Shown here: positions 27,401 through 35,309 of the stretch, in pieces
How the letters are laid out: every line of letters starts with the position of its first letter
Numbering within the stretch: position 1 is the first letter of the stretch
Origin: Clostridia bacterium
Lineage (GTDB): Bacteria > Bacillota > Peptococcia > DRI-13 > UBA5745
Direction: 5' to 3'
DNA: 64,000 nt
NCBI GenBank assembly: GCA_018436095.1
Contig: JAHDMJ010000019.1
Span: 3,841-67,840 of the forward strand
Notes under the pieces: generated by a model
Seen by the model: only the letters and a program-made list of their open reading frames with translations
What the model was told of the DNA's origin: nothing
Database searches by the model: none
Translations under genes and position numbers: made by a program

Positions 27401-28352
27401 AGAGGATCTGCCGGCAGGCCTGGAGCTGGATGAAGCAGGGGGCCAGAAGCCGGCTGCCGGTGTTTTGTTGGTAGATCATACGGTGTTTTTACCCAAGGCC
27501 GACCTGCCTCTTTATAAGATGCGCAATCTTAACCGGCCGGCAGTGAAGATCACCAAACCCCGGGTGGTAATACCGGTCTTTCCCGGCACCAACTGTGAAT
27601 ATGATTCGGCAGCCGTCTTTGAAAAGGCCGGAGCCCTGGTGGAGACCGTTATCCTGCGGAACCTTTCGCCCAAGGATGTGGAGGAAAGCTTAAAGGTGCT
27701 GGCGGCGGCCATTGCCAAGGCTCAAATCATCATGATACCCGGTGGCTTTTCCGGCGGCGACGAGCCTGACGGCAGCGGCAAGCTGATTGCCACTACCTTC
27801 CGCAGCCCCTGGGTCAAAGAGCAGACGGAGCTTTTGCTGGGGCAGCGGGACGGTTTGATTTTAGGCATCTGCAACGGCTTCCAGGCCTTGATCAAGCTGG
27901 GCCTGGTACCCTACGGCGAAATTCGGGACATGCAGGACGATAGTCCCACGCTGATGTTAAATGCCATTGGCCGCCATCAAAACGCCATTGTCAAAACCAG
28001 GATCACCAGCGTCAAGTCTCCCTGGCTGGCGGCAGCGGAACCGGGCCAGATCCATCACATTCCCCTCTCTCACGGGGAGGGACGGCTAAAAGCCAGCCCC
28101 GAAGAGCTGGCTCTGCTGTTTGGCAACGGCCAGGTAGCCACTCAATATGTAGATGAGAAAGGCAAGCCCTCCATGGATATAAGCGCCAATCCCAACGGCT
28201 CTATTCTGGCCATTGAAGGCCTCACCAGCCCCGACGGCCGTGTTTTGGGCAAGATGGGCCATAGCGAACGGATTGGCCGGGGGCTGTATCAGAATGTTCC
28301 CGGCGATTACGACCAAAAAATCTTCAGCAGCGGCGTGAAATATTTCGCATAA
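24453..28352 (+). CDS. purL: Phosphoribosylformylglycinamidine synthase, single-chain large form (PurS-like + PurL + PurQ glutaminase)
   Basis: About 1300 aa. NHPTEIEPFGGAATCIGGAIRD, GGRTGRDGCGGATGSS, C-terminal glutaminase GICNGFQAL and HSE. Start is either 24432 (GTG) or 24453 (ATG). Confidence 0.95.
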   Translation: MRAFIEKKPGADGEARDLLKDIRENLELKNLAGLRIAVRYDVEGLTAEEFDSACRQIFCEKPVDRLFKEELPLDEDELALTVEYLPGQYDQRADSAAQCIQLLTLKEQPMVRTAKVYVLKGLLLPAEIEAFRKYCVNPVDSRIASADKPATLAQELAPPPDVPVLQGFSSLDQTGLESFHRQYGLSMSLADLAFCQEYFQKEGRDPSLTELRVIDTYWSDHCRHTTFNTVIEEYTVEEGPYQQLFEEAILNYLNLRRQAVGENRPLSLMDMATVNTRALRRSGNLEDLDVSEEINACSIKVWADTDKGREPWLVMFKNETHNHPTEIEPFGGAATCIGGAIRDPLSGRSYVYQAMRVTGAANPLEPVADTLPGKLPQRTITRQAAAGYSSYGNQIGLATGLVDEVYHPGYKAKRMEIGAVVGAAPAANVIRETPREGDLVLLLGGRTGRDGCGGATGSSKAHDEQSIETSGAEVQKGNAPTERKLQRLYRNPDFSRLIKRCNDFGAGGVSVAIGELAPSLDIDLDKVPKKYEGLDGTELAISESQERMAIVIAPDSLEKVLALAAAENLEATVVAGIAGHGRMKMTWRGKEIVNLSRQFLDSAGVSQKTKVLIRQPSEYNYILRESKRLRQRAGQLKDAWLNAMSDLNICSKKGLIQHFDSSIGVGSPLFPLGGSRQETPALAMVSKLPVQSGDTSTCTWMSYGFDPGLSQWSPFHGGMYAVVDALTKLAVSGGDPFKARMSFQEYFPRLGQDPAKWGLPMAALLGTQVAMSAFQVPAIGGKDSMSGTFQDLEVPPTLCVFALSAGHIDDVISPEWKKPGNMLVLFPAVFDDNGCPDIEGIKSTFRFIQKYRKRIHSASTLGQGGLLAALAKSAFGNNLGADIYVYMKEEHLFAAAYGSVLLEFDPDLPAEEIFVKGGMILGEIIKEPAITIELPLFPEDESDETDSWEEPDEDEEITLTLPLEELRQAWSRTLEPAFPTKAAEDLPAGLELDEAGGQKPAAGVLLVDHTVFLPKADLPLYKMRNLNRPAVKITKPRVVIPVFPGTNCEYDSAAVFEKAGALVETVILRNLSPKDVEESLKVLAAAIAKAQIIMIPGGFSGGDEPDGSGKLIATTFRSPWVKEQTELLLGQRDGLILGICNGFQALIKLGLVPYGEIRDMQDDSPTLMLNAIGRHQNAIVKTRITSVKSPWLAAAEPGQIHHIPLSHGEGRLKASPEELALLFGNGQVATQYVDEKGKPSMDISANPNGSILAIEGLTSPDGRVLGKMGHSERIGRGLYQNVPGDYDQKIFSSGVKYFA

Positions 28353-28371
28353 AGTATTTCAATAGATGAGG

Positions 28372-28418
28372 AAAGCCCTCCCGGAGGCCATCAGGCTTCC
28401 TGGGAGGGCTTTTCTTGC
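28372..28418 (+). terminator. Intrinsic terminator of purL (overlaps the 3' end of the convergent helicase gene)
   Basis: 11-bp stem aaagccctccc/gggagggcttt followed by tcttg. Confidence 0.7.
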
Positions 28419-29560
28419 GGCAATTCGATAAGGCGGCGGTTTTCATCAAAGGCTAAGGACGTAATCGTGGAGCCGGTAAGCCTGATCAGGTTTTCCAGCC
28501 GCTCTTCGGCGTCGGAATCATAAAAAAGATAGGAGACCCCGACTTTCTTTGCCCGGCCGGTGCGGCCGATGCGGTGGAGGTATTGGTCATTGTCCTGAGG
28601 CATGTCCGAGTTGATGACGGCGCTGACGTCACTGACGTCAATACCCCGGGCCGCCACGTTGGTGGAGACCAGTACGCCGGTTTTGCCGGCCTTAAAGTCA
28701 GCCATGATTTTATTGCGCTCACTTTGGGGCATGTCCCCGTTTAAGCAGGCCACTTCAAGCCCTTGCTTGCCCAACTGATAAGCTAAAGCTTCCGTGGCAT
28801 ATTTGGTATTGCAGAAAATCATCACCCGCTTATAATTTTTCTGGCGAATCAGTTCGGCAATGTCGGCCACCTTTTGGGTGCCTTGGCTCTGGATGCTGTA
28901 TTGGGTTATTTTGGGCTGACTGTCCTCTGCGGCCTCTACGGAGAGTTCTACCTCATCCCGTTGATACAGCCAGGAAATATCCATCACCGGCCGGGACATG
29001 GTAGCGGAAAACATGGCCAGTTGCCGTTTTTTGGGCAACCGGTCAAGAATTTTGCGGACATCTTTATAAAAGCCCATGTCCAGCATCTCGTCAGCTTCAT
29101 CCAGCACGGCTATTTTGACGCCGCTTAGGCTGATGCTTTTGCGGTTCAGGTGATCCAAAAGCCGGCCCGGTGTAGCCACTAGCACCTGGGGCTTTTTAGT
29201 CAAAGCCGTCAGTTGTTTTTTGATAGGCTGGCCGCCGTAGGCTGCCATGATCCGAATTTCCGGCAGATACTTAGCTAAATCCCGGAGATCGTCACAGATT
29301 TGGGTAGAAAGCTCCCGGGTGGGGGCCATGATCAGAGCTTGAATCTGAGAGCTTTCTTTATCCAGACTTTCGATGATCGGGATACCGAAAGCAAAGGTTT
29401 TGCCTGTGCCGGTGGGGGCTTTGCCAATAACATCCCGGCCCTCCAGCATAACAGGAATGGCCTTTTCCTGGATCTCCGTCAGCTCCGTTAAACCAAGCTG
29501 GACGATGGCTTTTAATAATTGGGGAGATAAGTTTAGTTCGGTAAATGTGGTCGCTTCCAT
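28391..29560 (-). CDS. DEAD-box ATP-dependent RNA helicase
   Basis: Q-motif region, AxTGTGKT (APTGTGKT), PTRELS, DEAD (LDEADEMLD), SAT, HRIGRTGRAK. Confidence 0.93.
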   Translation of the reverse strand: MEATTFTELNLSPQLLKAIVQLGLTELTEIQEKAIPVMLEGRDVIGKAPTGTGKTFAFGIPIIESLDKESSQIQALIMAPTRELSTQICDDLRDLAKYLPEIRIMAAYGGQPIKKQLTALTKKPQVLVATPGRLLDHLNRKSISLSGVKIAVLDEADEMLDMGFYKDVRKILDRLPKKRQLAMFSATMSRPVMDISWLYQRDEVELSVEAAEDSQPKITQYSIQSQGTQKVADIAELIRQKNYKRVMIFCNTKYATEALAYQLGKQGLEVACLNGDMPQSERNKIMADFKAGKTGVLVSTNVAARGIDVSDVSAVINSDMPQDNDQYLHRIGRTGRAKKVGVSYLFYDSDAEERLENLIRLTGSTITSLAFDENRRLIELPQEKPSQEA

Positions 29561-29580
29561 ATTTGGGTATTACATCCTCC

Positions 29581-30891
29581 TTATTTGGCCAGTTCATACA
29601 TGGCCCGGGCATAAATCTGACTCAAAAGAATCAATCGGTCAATGGCGATATATTCGTTGGGCTGGTGGCATAGATCTTGATCCTCTGGGAATTGGGGGCC
29701 GAAAGCCAGGATATTGGGCATAGTCCTGGCATAGGTACCGCCGCCGGTGGCTATAGGGCCATTGGGCAAGCCGGTCTTCTCCCGGAAGACTGCCGTCAAG
29801 GTCTGTACTAAGGGGTTTTCTTCCGGCACATAAAGAGGGGGCTTGTGGCTGAAAGAGTCTATACTGAAGCCGCCTTTAGAAAAACTATCCTCCAGTCTAG
29901 AGAGAATCTGATCCTTGGATACAGTGACGGGATAACGAATATCCAGGCTGCCCCGGATATAGGTGCTGCCGCCTTCCAGTAAACCCAGGTTGACGGTAAG
30001 AGTTCCAGAAGCTTCATCGGCGGCGGCCAAACCCAGGTTTTGCCCCGCCGTCTCCTGAGTCAGGGCATACGTCAGGAAAGAAAAAGCGTCTTGCATGGTA
30101 AGGGGCAGGTCCTGATGAGATAAAAGCTCCAAAAGAGCAAAGCAGGCGTTTTTACCCCATTGAGGCCGGCTGCCGTGGGCAGAAGAGCCCAGAGATTCCA
30201 GGCGCACCTGGCTGCCGCCTACCTTCAGCACTGCCTCGGCTTTGTCGGCTACCATATTGACGGCATTGCCGCCTTTTAGCCTTTCTAAAGTGATGTCCGC
30301 ATCCTCCAAGTCCGGAAAATCCCGGGAGAAGGTGACGTGGAGAATGCCTTTCTCAGCATAAATCACCGGAAAACCGGCATCCGGGGTAAAGCCGGCAACA
30401 GGCAGTTCTTCCTTTGTAACGTAATAGGCCATATCGGCGCAGGTAGTCTCTTCGCTGGTGCCAAAAATCAGGCGTATGCGTTTGGAAAGAGGCAGGCCCC
30501 TGTCTTTGATGGCTTTGAGACCGTAAAGGGCCGCAAACATAGGGCCTTTGTCATCCACAGCCCCCCGGCCGTAGATCCGGCCATCCTCAATGATCCCGGC
30601 ATAAGGAGGGTGAATCCAGCCGTCTCCCGCCGGCACCACATCCAGATGGCCCAAAACGGCAATCATCTCCGCACCTTCTCCGTACTCCACCCAGCCGGCC
30701 TGGCCGTCAACATCTTTCGTGGCAAACCCCATCTGGGAGGCGGTGCGCAAAGCATGCTCCAAAGCCCTGGCCACTCCGGCACCATTAGGCTTGCCTTCCT
30801 CCGGAGGCTGGGCGTCACTTTGGATTCTCAGATTGGTACAAAGGGAGCGGGTCATTTCGTCTCGAAGCTGAATCAGAGCTTCATCAAACAT
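29581..30891 (-). CDS. M20-family dipeptidase (PepV/Sapep-like)
   Basis: LGHLDVVPAGDGW, GRGAVDDKGP, GTSEETT motifs, 436 aa. Confidence 0.85.
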   Translation of the reverse strand: MFDEALIQLRDEMTRSLCTNLRIQSDAQPPEEGKPNGAGVARALEHALRTASQMGFATKDVDGQAGWVEYGEGAEMIAVLGHLDVVPAGDGWIHPPYAGIIEDGRIYGRGAVDDKGPMFAALYGLKAIKDRGLPLSKRIRLIFGTSEETTCADMAYYVTKEELPVAGFTPDAGFPVIYAEKGILHVTFSRDFPDLEDADITLERLKGGNAVNMVADKAEAVLKVGGSQVRLESLGSSAHGSRPQWGKNACFALLELLSHQDLPLTMQDAFSFLTYALTQETAGQNLGLAAADEASGTLTVNLGLLEGGSTYIRGSLDIRYPVTVSKDQILSRLEDSFSKGGFSIDSFSHKPPLYVPEENPLVQTLTAVFREKTGLPNGPIATGGGTYARTMPNILAFGPQFPEDQDLCHQPNEYIAIDRLILLSQIYARAMYELAK

Positions 30892-31053
30892 AGGCCACCT
30901 CGCAACTCAGATTTTACGGGGGAGGTTTTCCTTATTTAAGGCTATTTTACCATAGTTTTCATCGAAACAACAATTTTTTATCCCACAATAGACCTTTTAT
31001 TCCCTTGCTTCCCGCCATGATAAAAGGTAATATAAAAAAAAGGTGGTGTGAAT

Positions 31054-31521
31054 ATGTTCCTGTGGACCGGCCGTTTTGTTACCTTGGTAAGCCCTTATGG
31101 CGGGCTTAAGATTTGTAAAATAGGATTTTCCTGGACCACCTTGTTTTTGTGGTGGTTTGTCCCCCTTTTCCGGGGCGACTGGGTAAGCTTTATTGTCTAT
31201 ATGCTTTTAATGTATCTGACCAGGGGCATCAGTATCCTGATTTTCCCGATTTTTTATAACCGGCTATATATTATGGGCCTGTTGAATAAGGACTGGCGGC
31301 CGGCGTCTTTTGCAGATTGGGAGATGCTGCGGCTTTGCCGTTTTAAAGTGCCGGAATGGGATCAGCAGCGGCAAAGGGAAAACCAGTCTGCCCGGCGGGA
31401 GCCAGAGTTCTTCCAGGAGACAGAACCCTATCAGGAGCCGGAGCTCTACCAGGAAGAAGTCAATTGGGAGGAAGAGCGGGAACAGGCTGTGGATGTGGAA
31501 TGGCACGATAACGAAGAATAG
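31054..31521 (+). CDS. Small membrane protein (DUF2628-like N-terminus) with highly acidic Glu/Gln-rich tail
   Basis: Two predicted TM segments (WTTLFLWWFVPLF, FIVYMLLMYLTRGISILIF), then EPEFFQETEPYQEPELYQEEVNWEEEREQ. GGTGG RBS lies 7 nt before ATG 31054. Confidence 0.5.
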   Translation: MFLWTGRFVTLVSPYGGLKICKIGFSWTTLFLWWFVPLFRGDWVSFIVYMLLMYLTRGISILIFPIFYNRLYIMGLLNKDWRPASFADWEMLRLCRFKVPEWDQQRQRENQSARREPEFFQETEPYQEPELYQEEVNWEEEREQAVDVEWHDNEE

Positions 31522-31548
31522 GCTTATTTCCCGGGAAATAGAGCCGCA

Positions 31549-31582
31549 GCAGGAAGCAGACAAACTTCCTGCTTTTTATTTT
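31549..31582 (+). terminator. Intrinsic terminator
   Basis: gcaggaag/cttcctgc stem followed by tttttatttt. Confidence 0.8.
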
Positions 31583-31945
31583 CCGGATACACATATGGTT
31601 GCCAACATGAACGAGTTTTATATTACAGCGGATACTCACCGCTGAGCATGGCTTTCAAGATAAAAAGACTTATACTTTGGGCAAAGGATTGCAAAACCTA
31701 CATCAGCAGCGAAGTGACCTTTCATGCTAGGAAGCATAACCCTTAGCCGGCATCCGGCAAAGCCCCTGGGTCAAGATAAGGTAGCTATTGTCCGGGCAGA
31801 TTAGAGCTGTGATATTAGAAAAGGCGCCGGAGTTGTAATTGGTGTTATATTTATAGCAATACACATAAAACAATTAGAAGGAGTTCCGGGAAGCAGACCG
31901 AAAAAGTCTTTGCCGGGATTACGATGATACTAAGGAGTGATCTGT

Positions 31946-33928
31946 TTGGCTTTCTCGCGCTGCCTTCTAAATAAAGGGGTTACTCTGCTGCTGGTTGTTT
32001 TTGCAGCAATGCTCTGCCCTGAGGCGGCATATGCGGTCCCGTCAGGGCAAACGCCATCGGGGATACCCTATGCCGAAATGGAATCCCTTATCGACAGTTA
32101 TGCCGGAGAATATGTAGGCAAAACCAGTCCCGGCGCAGCAGTTGTTATTGTCAAGGACGGTGAAATTATTTTTTCCAAGGGTTATGGCTATGCCGATAAA
32201 GAAAAGGGCATTGCCGCCGATCCGTCGGAAACGGTCTTTGAGTACGCATCGGTAAGCAAGCTCTTCGTCTATACCACGATTATGCGGCTTGTAGAGGAAG
32301 GCCGGCTTGAACTGGACAGGGATATCCGTACATATCTTCCCGAAGGATTCCTCAAAAAGCTGCGTTTTGACGACCCTATTACACTTCTGGATGTAATGAA
32401 CCATACCACGGGATTTGAGGATTGCCTCTTTGATTTGATCCGGACCTCCCCGGAAGGTTTGCCAACGCTGGAGCAGACATTACTCACCTGCCAGCCGGCC
32501 CAGGTCTACCGGCCGGGTACGGTCAGCGCTTATTCCAATTACGCAGTTGCTCTGGCCGCCTATATTGCCCAGAGTATTATCGGCCGGGAATTTTACGAGT
32601 ATCTCATGGATACCCTCTTTATGCCCTTGGGCATGGACAGTACTTCCGCTCATCCCTTGCTGGCCGATCACGCCTCTCTGGTCCAGCGCAAAGCCGCCGG
32701 TTATTACAGCCTGCCTGACGCAGATTCTCGCCTTCAGCCTGACGCAGGTTTCAAAAAAGGCGATTGGAGCCATGTGCCACTCTATCCCGCCGGCTCCGTC
32801 AACGGAACGGCTGAAGATCTGGCCCGGTTTGCCATAGCCTTAACGCCTCCTGCCGGCGAGAAAAGCCCGTTGTTTCAAAAGCGCCAGACTCTTGATCAGA
32901 TGCTTACCCAAAGTCATGCCATGGGGCCGGGCATGGCTGGTTTTGCCCATGGATTTATGGAGAGAGAAGGGCAGAAGGCCGGTTTAGGCCACGGAGGCAA
33001 TAGCGCTTGCTTTGCAGCCCAGATAAACATCGTGCCGGAGGAACGTTTTGGGGTCGTAGTGCTCTGCAATGCCTCAAATGAAATGCATCTGACCGAGGGA
33101 TTGATGCAAATGCTGCTGGGGGCGCCGGAAAAAGCCAGGGCCGCTTATGAAGGGGAACTGCCCGAAACTGGCGAAGTGGAGGGCCTCTATATTGCGGCCC
33201 GCAGACCCCATACCGGTTTTTTAAAGCTCTACGGCTACCTTTCGCTGCTGCGGGTCAAAACACTGGAACCAAATACCATCGAAATTAGCCTTGGCGGTCA
33301 ATCGGGTACATATATCCAGACCCGTCCCTATGTCTTTGAAAGACTCAGCGCCAGCGGCTCCATTTTTAAATACAATTTCGGCACCGTCTATTTTGAGATG
33401 TCCGATGGCAAGGTTAAAAGGATATCCGGCGATTTTCTGCCTTTGCCTGGGGCACATACGCTGCCTTGGCTCATCGCTGATGGAGCCGCCGCAGCCGTCT
33501 GTATTGCCTTTTTTCTGCTGATGCCCTTTTATTTATTGATGGTCTGGCTGGTAAGGCGCAAGCATAAAAAGCCCCTGTCTGCTGCACCTCCGCCTGGCTC
33601 ATCCTTGTCTGGCCCACCCTTGTCTGGCCCGCCGTTTTCGGTCGTCATATTGACCTTATGCGGAACGGGGCTTGTGGCAAACAACGGCCTGCTGGTCTTA
33701 CGGATGCTGGCAAATAATTACCGTTCTTTTGCCGAGGTACGTTTCCACATCTTGCTGAACTATCCCCTTGCGGCGCTAGCCGCGGCATTCTGCCTTTTGC
33801 TTATCTTGAATTGGAAGAAGATCAGGGCATCCGCTAAATGGAAGGCCGTGCTGTTCACTCCCGTATTGCTGCTGGTTCTGCTTACGGCCCTTCTTATAAA
33901 GTGGCAGTTTTTCCACGTTTTCGCTTAA
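31946..33928 (+). CDS. Beta-lactamase-related serine hydrolase with C-terminal multi-TM region
   Basis: SxxK motif (ASVSKLF) in an AmpC/PBP4*-like N-domain. A Pro/Ser repeat (PPGSSLSGPPLSGPPFS) is followed by 3-4 TM helices. TTG at 31946 lies 8 nt after AAGGAG. Confidence 0.8.
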   Translation: MAFSRCLLNKGVTLLLVVFAAMLCPEAAYAVPSGQTPSGIPYAEMESLIDSYAGEYVGKTSPGAAVVIVKDGEIIFSKGYGYADKEKGIAADPSETVFEYASVSKLFVYTTIMRLVEEGRLELDRDIRTYLPEGFLKKLRFDDPITLLDVMNHTTGFEDCLFDLIRTSPEGLPTLEQTLLTCQPAQVYRPGTVSAYSNYAVALAAYIAQSIIGREFYEYLMDTLFMPLGMDSTSAHPLLADHASLVQRKAAGYYSLPDADSRLQPDAGFKKGDWSHVPLYPAGSVNGTAEDLARFAIALTPPAGEKSPLFQKRQTLDQMLTQSHAMGPGMAGFAHGFMEREGQKAGLGHGGNSACFAAQINIVPEERFGVVVLCNASNEMHLTEGLMQMLLGAPEKARAAYEGELPETGEVEGLYIAARRPHTGFLKLYGYLSLLRVKTLEPNTIEISLGGQSGTYIQTRPYVFERLSASGSIFKYNFGTVYFEMSDGKVKRISGDFLPLPGAHTLPWLIADGAAAAVCIAFFLLMPFYLLMVWLVRRKHKKPLSAAPPPGSSLSGPPLSGPPFSVVILTLCGTGLVANNGLLVLRMLANNYRSFAEVRFHILLNYPLAALAAAFCLLLILNWKKIRASAKWKAVLFTPVLLLVLLTALLIKWQFFHVFA

Positions 33929-33996
33929 GCCAATTTAGGAGTGAGGGGTGAAGAGAATGACCAGATTTGTCTTGCCAAGCTTGACTCGGAATTCGC

Positions 33997-34068
33997 TTTT
34001 GTCCCCTCTGCAGGTTTTGTCCCCTCTGCAGGTTTTGTCCCCTCTGCAGGTTTTGTCCTCTCTGTGCA
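33997..34068. repeat. Tandem 18-bp repeat TTTTGTCCCCTCTGCAGG: 3 perfect copies plus 1 degenerate copy
   Basis: Copies at 33997-34014, 34015-34032 and 34033-34050; degenerate copy from 34051. Read directly. Confidence 0.95.
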
Positions 34069-34124
34069 AAAATGCAGGTTTGTATCCAGTACGGGGGCCA
34101 GTTGAGCAAAAATGCAGGTTTGTA
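34066..34124. repeat. Two identical 19-bp copies of GCAAAAATGCAGGTTTGTA; a related copy is at 6633-6652
   Basis: 34066-34084 and 34106-34124 are identical. CTGTGCAAAAATGCAAGTTT at 6633-6652 matches 34062-34081 at 19 of 20 positions. Confidence 0.9.
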
Positions 34125-34510
34125 GACACCCCTTAGAGTTATGGCGGTGCAAAAAATAAGTAGAAACCTATGCCTTGGCTGCATCTAGTGCCCTGGCAGA
34201 AATCAATTCACTACCATACTGCAAAAAAAGCTTAAGCTTTCTAACATTTCCTCTGATAGGGTCTCTAGACGAAGACAAACTTGCAATTTTGCACAGAGGG
34301 GGACCTATAATAAGTCAGCCACCCCCAACCGGTGGGGAGGTGATGTGTCCATCTCTTTCCATTAGGGATATGCCAATATAGTCTGAAAACCCACTTAGCC
34401 CCGCCGGCGGATAAGCGTGTAAAGGGGTAGCGGAAATACTTATTTATCAAGGGGTCTAGGATTGTATGGTGTAATTTTGCAGGAAGTTAGGGGGAAATTA
34501 GGTTCCATAA

Positions 34511-34561
34511 AGCTAAACAGAAAAGGTATCACACAAAGTGTGATACCTTTTCTGTTTAGCT
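34511..34561 (-). terminator. Terminator of the tRNA operon (24-bp perfect hairpin)
   Basis: agctaaacagaaaaggtatcacac-aaa-gtgtgataccttttctgtttagct, starting 2 nt after the tRNA-Ser 3' end. The minus strand continues into tttatgg. Confidence 0.75.
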
Positions 34562-34562
34562 A

Positions 34563-34653
34563 CGGAGAGAGAGGGATTCGAACCCTCGATACAGGTTGAC
34601 CCCGTATAATCGCTTAGCAGGCGACCGCCTTCAGCCGACTCGGCCATCTCTCC
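34563..34653 (-). tRNA. tRNA-Ser(GCU): tRNA-Ser (anticodon GCU), class II with long variable arm; no encoded CCA
   Basis: Reverse complement is GGAGAGATGGCCGAG...TCGC-CTGCTAA-GCGA...GAGGGTTCGAATCCCTCTCTCTCCG. Acceptor, anticodon and T arms fold by eye. Confidence 0.93.
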
Positions 34654-34844
34654 ATGATTGAGTGAATATATACTTAGTACAAGAAGGTGCAACCTGCAGG
34701 ATGCTATCCCTCGGCACTACCGTGCCGGCTCGAGACTCCGACTAAAGCTTCCGCTGCCTGCGGCATCGCAAGCCAAGTCTCCGACGAACCTGCTAATAAG
34801 GCCGCAGGTTCAAATCTTCAAAATACACGCACCTAGTACTAAAA
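34654..34844 (-). ncRNA. Candidate structured RNA occupying the 191-nt spacer between tRNA-Arg and tRNA-Ser
   Basis: Ends pair (UAGUAC/GUACUA, GGUGC/GCACC, AACCUGC/GCAGGUU). Internal hairpins include CGGCAC-GGUA-GUGCCG and GCUU..CCGC-AGGCA-GCGG..AAGC. No family was recognised. Confidence 0.3.
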
Positions 34845-34921
34845 TGGTGCGCCGTGCAGGATTCGAACCTGCGACCTACTGGTTCGTAGCCAGTCACTCT
34901 ATCCAGCTGAGCTAACGGCGC
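34845..34921 (-). tRNA. tRNA-Arg(ACG): tRNA-Arg (anticodon ACG), CCA encoded
   Basis: Reverse complement is GCGCCGTTAGCTCAGCTGGATAGAGT-GACTGG-CTACGAA-CCAGT-AGGTC-GCAGGTTCGAATCCTGC-ACGGCGCACCA. Confidence 0.95.
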
Positions 34922-34951
34922 ATGATGTCTGTCCAAAATGCGGACTCTAAT

Positions 34952-34980
34952 ATTATATGTCGTGCTTGGCAGAAAGTCAA
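34952..34980 (-). promoter_or_regulatory. Consensus sigma-A promoter of the tRNA operon
   Basis: Minus strand reads TTGACT (34980-34975), 17 nt, TATAAT (34957-34952), about 25 nt upstream of tRNA-Arg. Confidence 0.75.
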
Positions 34981-35309
34981 CCGTGTAAATAGAGGTTTTA
35001 TTCCGGTTCTTTTATTACTCATATCCTTCCGGCTATGACAATCCTCTGGATCATTCCTTTGACTCTGCCCCCAGCCAGGCATAGCGCCGCTGCCGGCCAG
35101 ACTTTACGCTATTCCCATGCAAAAACTAAGCGGAAAGCTTCCGACCCGGAAACCTTCCGCTCAATTTTAATTGTCAAGGCCACCTCGGTGTGAAGCCGTG
35201 TGAGTCTGCGTGACCCTGTGCAAATCGGCTTGCTTGAATCTCTGTGATTCCCAATCGGTATAAATTGGCATAAACCAATATAAATCAATGCAAACCGGGA
35301 TACAGGCCC

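Noticed and set aside
31583-31931. About 350 bp of non-coding DNA upstream of the serine-hydrolase gene, examined for a riboswitch, small gene or repeat.
   Set aside because: I found only weak, short hairpins and no motif I recognise. I cannot support a feature without a covariance-model search.
33997-34068. Possible CRISPR array.
   Set aside because: The units are directly abutting 18-mers with no spacers. There is no repeat palindromy typical of CRISPR and there are no cas genes in the window.
33894-34184. Three overlapping minus-strand ORFs and one plus-strand ORF encoding repeated peptides (QRGQNLQRGQNL, EGTKPAEGTKPA, CRGDKTCRGDKT).
   Set aside because: The peptide repeats come from translating the 18-bp tandem DNA repeat in all frames. 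There is no RBS, and an open frame in every phase argues for non-coding repeat DNA.
34654-34844. Assignment of the inter-tRNA RNA as SRP (4.5S/scRNA) or 6S RNA.
   Set aside because: The conserved SRP domain-IV sequence (GGUCCGGAAGGAAGCAGC-like, GNAR loop context) is absent. 6S cannot be called from size and a closing stem alone. It is kept only as an unassigned candidate ncRNA.
34658-34915. 85-aa plus-strand ORF.
   Set aside because: It runs antisense through the inter-tRNA spacer and into tRNA-Arg, and has no RBS.
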